From Camelus dromedarius (lineage: Eukaryota): DNA of 64,000 bases. The stretch covers positions 36,518,001 to 36,582,000 of the forward strand of contig NC_087444.1 of NCBI RefSeq assembly GCF_036321535.1. Direction: 5' to 3'. The position numbers and the translations under genes are program-made. Positions 62,161-64,000 of the stretch are shown piece after piece. The notes beneath the pieces are model-generated. The model was not told the DNA's origin. It did no database searches and saw only the letters and a program-made list of their open reading frames with translations. Every line of letters starts with the position of its first letter. Within the stretch, counting starts at the first letter, position 1.

Positions 62161-64000
62161 GGGAGAGCTAAAGAAGGAAAGGCTGTGTTTGAGATAAGAG
62201 CCTGGTACAGACTGATGGATTTCAGCTGCATTTTGCCAAGTCACCAGAGCTGGGAGCCCCAGGCACAGATCTGGTGGGGTGAGGAGACATCAAAGCCCTG
62301 CCACTGGTGCCAGAAGATAAGGGAACCCGGGTTGATGTTGTTAGGAAGCCAAGGAAGCCCTGAAACTGAGGGTTGCTGGGGAAATGACTTGTCCAGGCAG
62401 AGTTCATGGACCTGTGAGTTCCTCCAGCTCTTAGTGATGACACATGGAGGGTGTGGCTGGCCAGGCTGACAGATGCTCCAGTGTGACCCTCAAAATAGAC
62501 TGTAACATCATCTCAGTGGTGACGGTGGCCTCCTGACATGTGACGAGTGGCTCTACCCAAGAACAGCAAGCCTGGGCTAGAGCACTGGATGGAGTTGGAG
62601 GAGCTCTCGTCTGTAGCTGGTGCCCAAAGCCAGGCCCTGAGCAGGGGCCTCTGGCCACAGCCAGCCTGCCTTTGCTTGCACTTGGAGCTGACTTCTTTGG
62701 CCAGGCAGCAGGTACTCATCTATTAATTCTCCACATCACCATGAGGCACCCATTGTTTTGTTCCAGTCCCAGTCCTGGGCTCCAGGAGCACAGGCCTGAG
62801 GTCTATCTAGAGAGGAAACAGATAAGCCTGTGTGCGTGACTTCACAGGGTGGTGTAGAAAAGGCAAGTTCATGGTGTGTGGTACACCCAGAGATGGCCCG
62901 GAGCTTGGACTTCCTCCTGTACCCAAGAATTTGGGGAAAGTTTCACAGAAGAGGTGGTGATGCTAAATCTGGAAGGACAGGTTGGAGAGTTCCAGGTGAA
63001 CAAAGTGAGAAGCGATCCTCTGGACAGAAGGAACAGTACATTAAAAAGATGTGGAACACAGAGTGTGAGACAAGCAGAGGCCAGACCAGAAATACGTTGT
63101 GTTTTGTGGCCGAAGAGCTTGGGCTTATCCTGAGGGCAGTAGCAGTGTATGAGGACTTTGGATCTGCCTGCGCTTTTGAGACTGGATAGGGGAGAAGAAA
63201 CCCCACTGGTCTGGTTCAGATCCTTGTGCAGTTCAGGCCAGTGGCTTTAGGTCCTTGACTCCGGGCATGATTTTCCTATAGCAGTTGTCTTTTCTCCCTT
63301 TGGCTGGTCTTTCTCTTGTATGGTGGGATGCACAGGTAGGATGTTGAAGACTGGTATTCAGAGAGGCTTCTCGGAGGTGAGAGGCCTCTGTGTGTGCTGG
63401 TGTTCTCTGCTATTCTGGTTTTGTCCAGTCCCATCCAAAAGACAGTGCTGTCTGATTTTTCATGGAGGATCCAGACAGCCACTCACTCAACTAAGATCTC
63501 ACCTGCCATGTTTCTGGTCTGGAGACCCACTTGATCTCAGGGCCTCCATTCTAGAGACAGCTGTGGCTGGTCCCTCACCCTGGGTCCCCCAACTCCAGTC
63601 TCTGTGCAGTGCCATTGAGAAGTTTGGAACTCATCTGCAGACCCAGGGAAGGGTTTGTCCTGCCTGCCCTGAGAAGTAGGTGCTATGTTTGCCCAGGGCA
63701 AGTGCAGACAGCTGTTGTGCCCTGTTCTTCCTGACTGCCCCCCAGTGCTGATGGCCTCATGGGCAGATACTGAGCTTTGGGCTGTGTTTCTCCCTAGTAA
63801 CACATTGTACTGTTTCTGGAGACATAGTGTATTGGGGCTCTGGAGCATCTTTGAACGTTTTATGGCTTACCTGTATTGGGGGTTAAAGCCCAGGTCTAGT
63901 TGGGAGTACTAAGGTGTAGCTCTGGCATGGAGTGAGAGTACTGGAGTACATGAGGTGTCCACTTTTCTTGCAGGACCTGTTCCTGCACTAAGCACATCTG

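Overview
Mammalian genomic DNA, gene-dense and syntenic with human 16q22.1 in reversed orientation. It is probably a camelid, inferred from the tRNA-derived SINE family. I walked every coding exon by hand and checked splice sites and phases. Gene order: NRN1L (-, 3 exons, 170 aa); EDC4 (-, 29 exons, 1406 aa); NUTF2 (-, last coding exon hidden in an N gap); THAP11/Ronin (-, single exon, 311 aa, partly gapped); CENPT (+, 13 coding exons, 578 aa); TSNAXIP1 (-, 16 exons, 712 aa); and the first two exons of RANBP10 (+). There are four N gaps, six young tRNA-SINE copies, an L1-like 3' fragment with a perfect TSD, a MER3-like element and old MIR/L2 fragments. No new protein-coding gene or novel system is supported; all unassigned six-frame ORFs look spurious. 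Best leads: (1) THAP11/ZNF143 ACTACA..TCCC motifs at the THAP11, NUTF2 and RANBP10/TSNAXIP1 promoters, including an identical 17-mer at two of them; (2) a perfect RFX X-box just upstream of TSNAXIP1 exon 3, where the ATG of the short human isoform is absent; (3) two U12-type introns in EDC4; (4) a Leu-interrupted THAP11 polyQ; (5) loss of the CENP-T T11 CDK site; (6) inverted SINEs bracketing TSNAXIP1 exon 2. All human comparisons are from memory and need confirming by alignment.
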